In this document: piece after piece, positions 63,661-64,000 of the stretch | Layout: each line of letters begins with the position of its first letter | Numbering within the stretch: the stretch's first letter is position 1 | Source of the DNA: an uncultured Gammaproteobacteria bacterium | Lineage (GTDB): Bacteria; Patescibacteriota; Patescibacteriia; XYB2-FULL-38-15 | Direction: 5' to 3' | DNA length: 64,000 nucleotides | Assembly: GCA_965231095.1 (NCBI GenBank) | Contig: OZ246416.1 | Location: 185,228 to 249,227, forward strand | Program-made: the position numbers and the translations under genes | Notes under the pieces: model-generated | Seen by the model: only the letters and a program-made list of their open reading frames with translations | The model's database searches: none | What the model was told of the DNA's origin: nothing

Positions 63661-64000
63661 TGCAACGAGTGTGGAAAATTATTATCGCCATGGTTATTAC
63701 AGCGGTCGTCGTGGGCGGCGGGGTTTATTTGTGGCAAAAACAAACTCAGATTTCTTCCGAGGAAGAACGGCTGAAGACCGTAACAGATACCAGCGTGGGA
63801 TACACTGTCAAATATCCGGCGGCATGGTTTAAAGTTGAGAGAGATAATGGCTTTGATGTAAATCCTGGCGTTGGCGGATTTGGTTTTACGTTGCGATATT
63901 ATGATGCATCGACAAATTTAAAAGAAGAGTTAATCAGTAAAATTGGATACCAGGCCGGAACGGAACGGTCTGAATCACGGGAAAATATAAAAGTAAACGG
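63661..64000 (+). CDS. membrane-anchored hypothetical protein, 3'-truncated by the window edge
   Basis: ATG at 63661, TM IIIAMVITAVVVGGGVYLW. The ORF is still open at 64000. Confidence 0.3.

Overview
This 64-kb window is a mosaic in which almost every gene between ~0.4 and 59 kb lies on the + strand. All GC figures below are by-eye estimates, not computed.

(1) 0.4-7.8 kb: two paralogous secreted proteins flank a Cys/Tyr-rich secreted protein. These are followed by an excisionase-type HTH, an MltG-like transglycosylase, an OmpR-type response regulator with a sensor histidine kinase, and an isoprenoid-synthase-fold protein with two DDxxD motifs.

(2) 7.96-19.56 kb: eight genes are tightly packed or overlapping (gaps of 10 nt or less), consistent with a single operon. 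They are a Fic protein, a PD-(D/E)xK nuclease, a Type III R-M Mod and Res, a second SPPF-type DNA methyltransferase, a HerA/DUF87-like ATPase, a NurA-like nuclease and a Cas4/RecB-like Fe-S nuclease. The last four form the most interesting candidate new methylation-linked defense module in the window.

(3) 19.56-20.07 kb: a ~500-nt non-coding leader carries a near-consensus extended -10 promoter, a 48-nt nested hairpin and an intrinsic terminator immediately upstream of a phage portal gene. This resembles the lambda pR'/tR' late-antitermination layout.

(4) 20.07-37.7 kb: a higher-GC (~55%) phage virion and lysis module (portal, hyper-acidic scaffold-like protein, major capsid, tail proteins including one with duplicated domains plus an amidase_2 domain, a periodic-repeat tail fiber, a 1238-aa structural protein, holin-like proteins and an amidase_2 endolysin). 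No terminase or replication genes are recognisable.

(5) 38.1-40.5 kb: a tyrosine integrase, a small HTH protein, and a low-GC PD-(D/E)xK-like cargo gene.

(6) 40.7-64 kb: low-GC (~40%) housekeeping genes. These are SecD with two inserted parvulin PPIase domains, SecF, a copper cluster (CsoR, DsbD_2-like membrane protein with a cupredoxin-like tail, SHOCT protein, CopA, thioredoxin-like protein, CcdA), Lgt, DsbA, tRNA-Ser(GGA) with a 20-nt 3'-end direct repeat 116 bp downstream, small membrane proteins, an AbrB-like regulator, a MacAB-like efflux system, TsaC, an alpha-glucan phosphorylase, a small Cys/His protein in a GC-rich islet, and DnaG.

No rRNA and no CRISPR array were found. All functional calls rest on motifs read by eye from the translations. 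No database searches were run.
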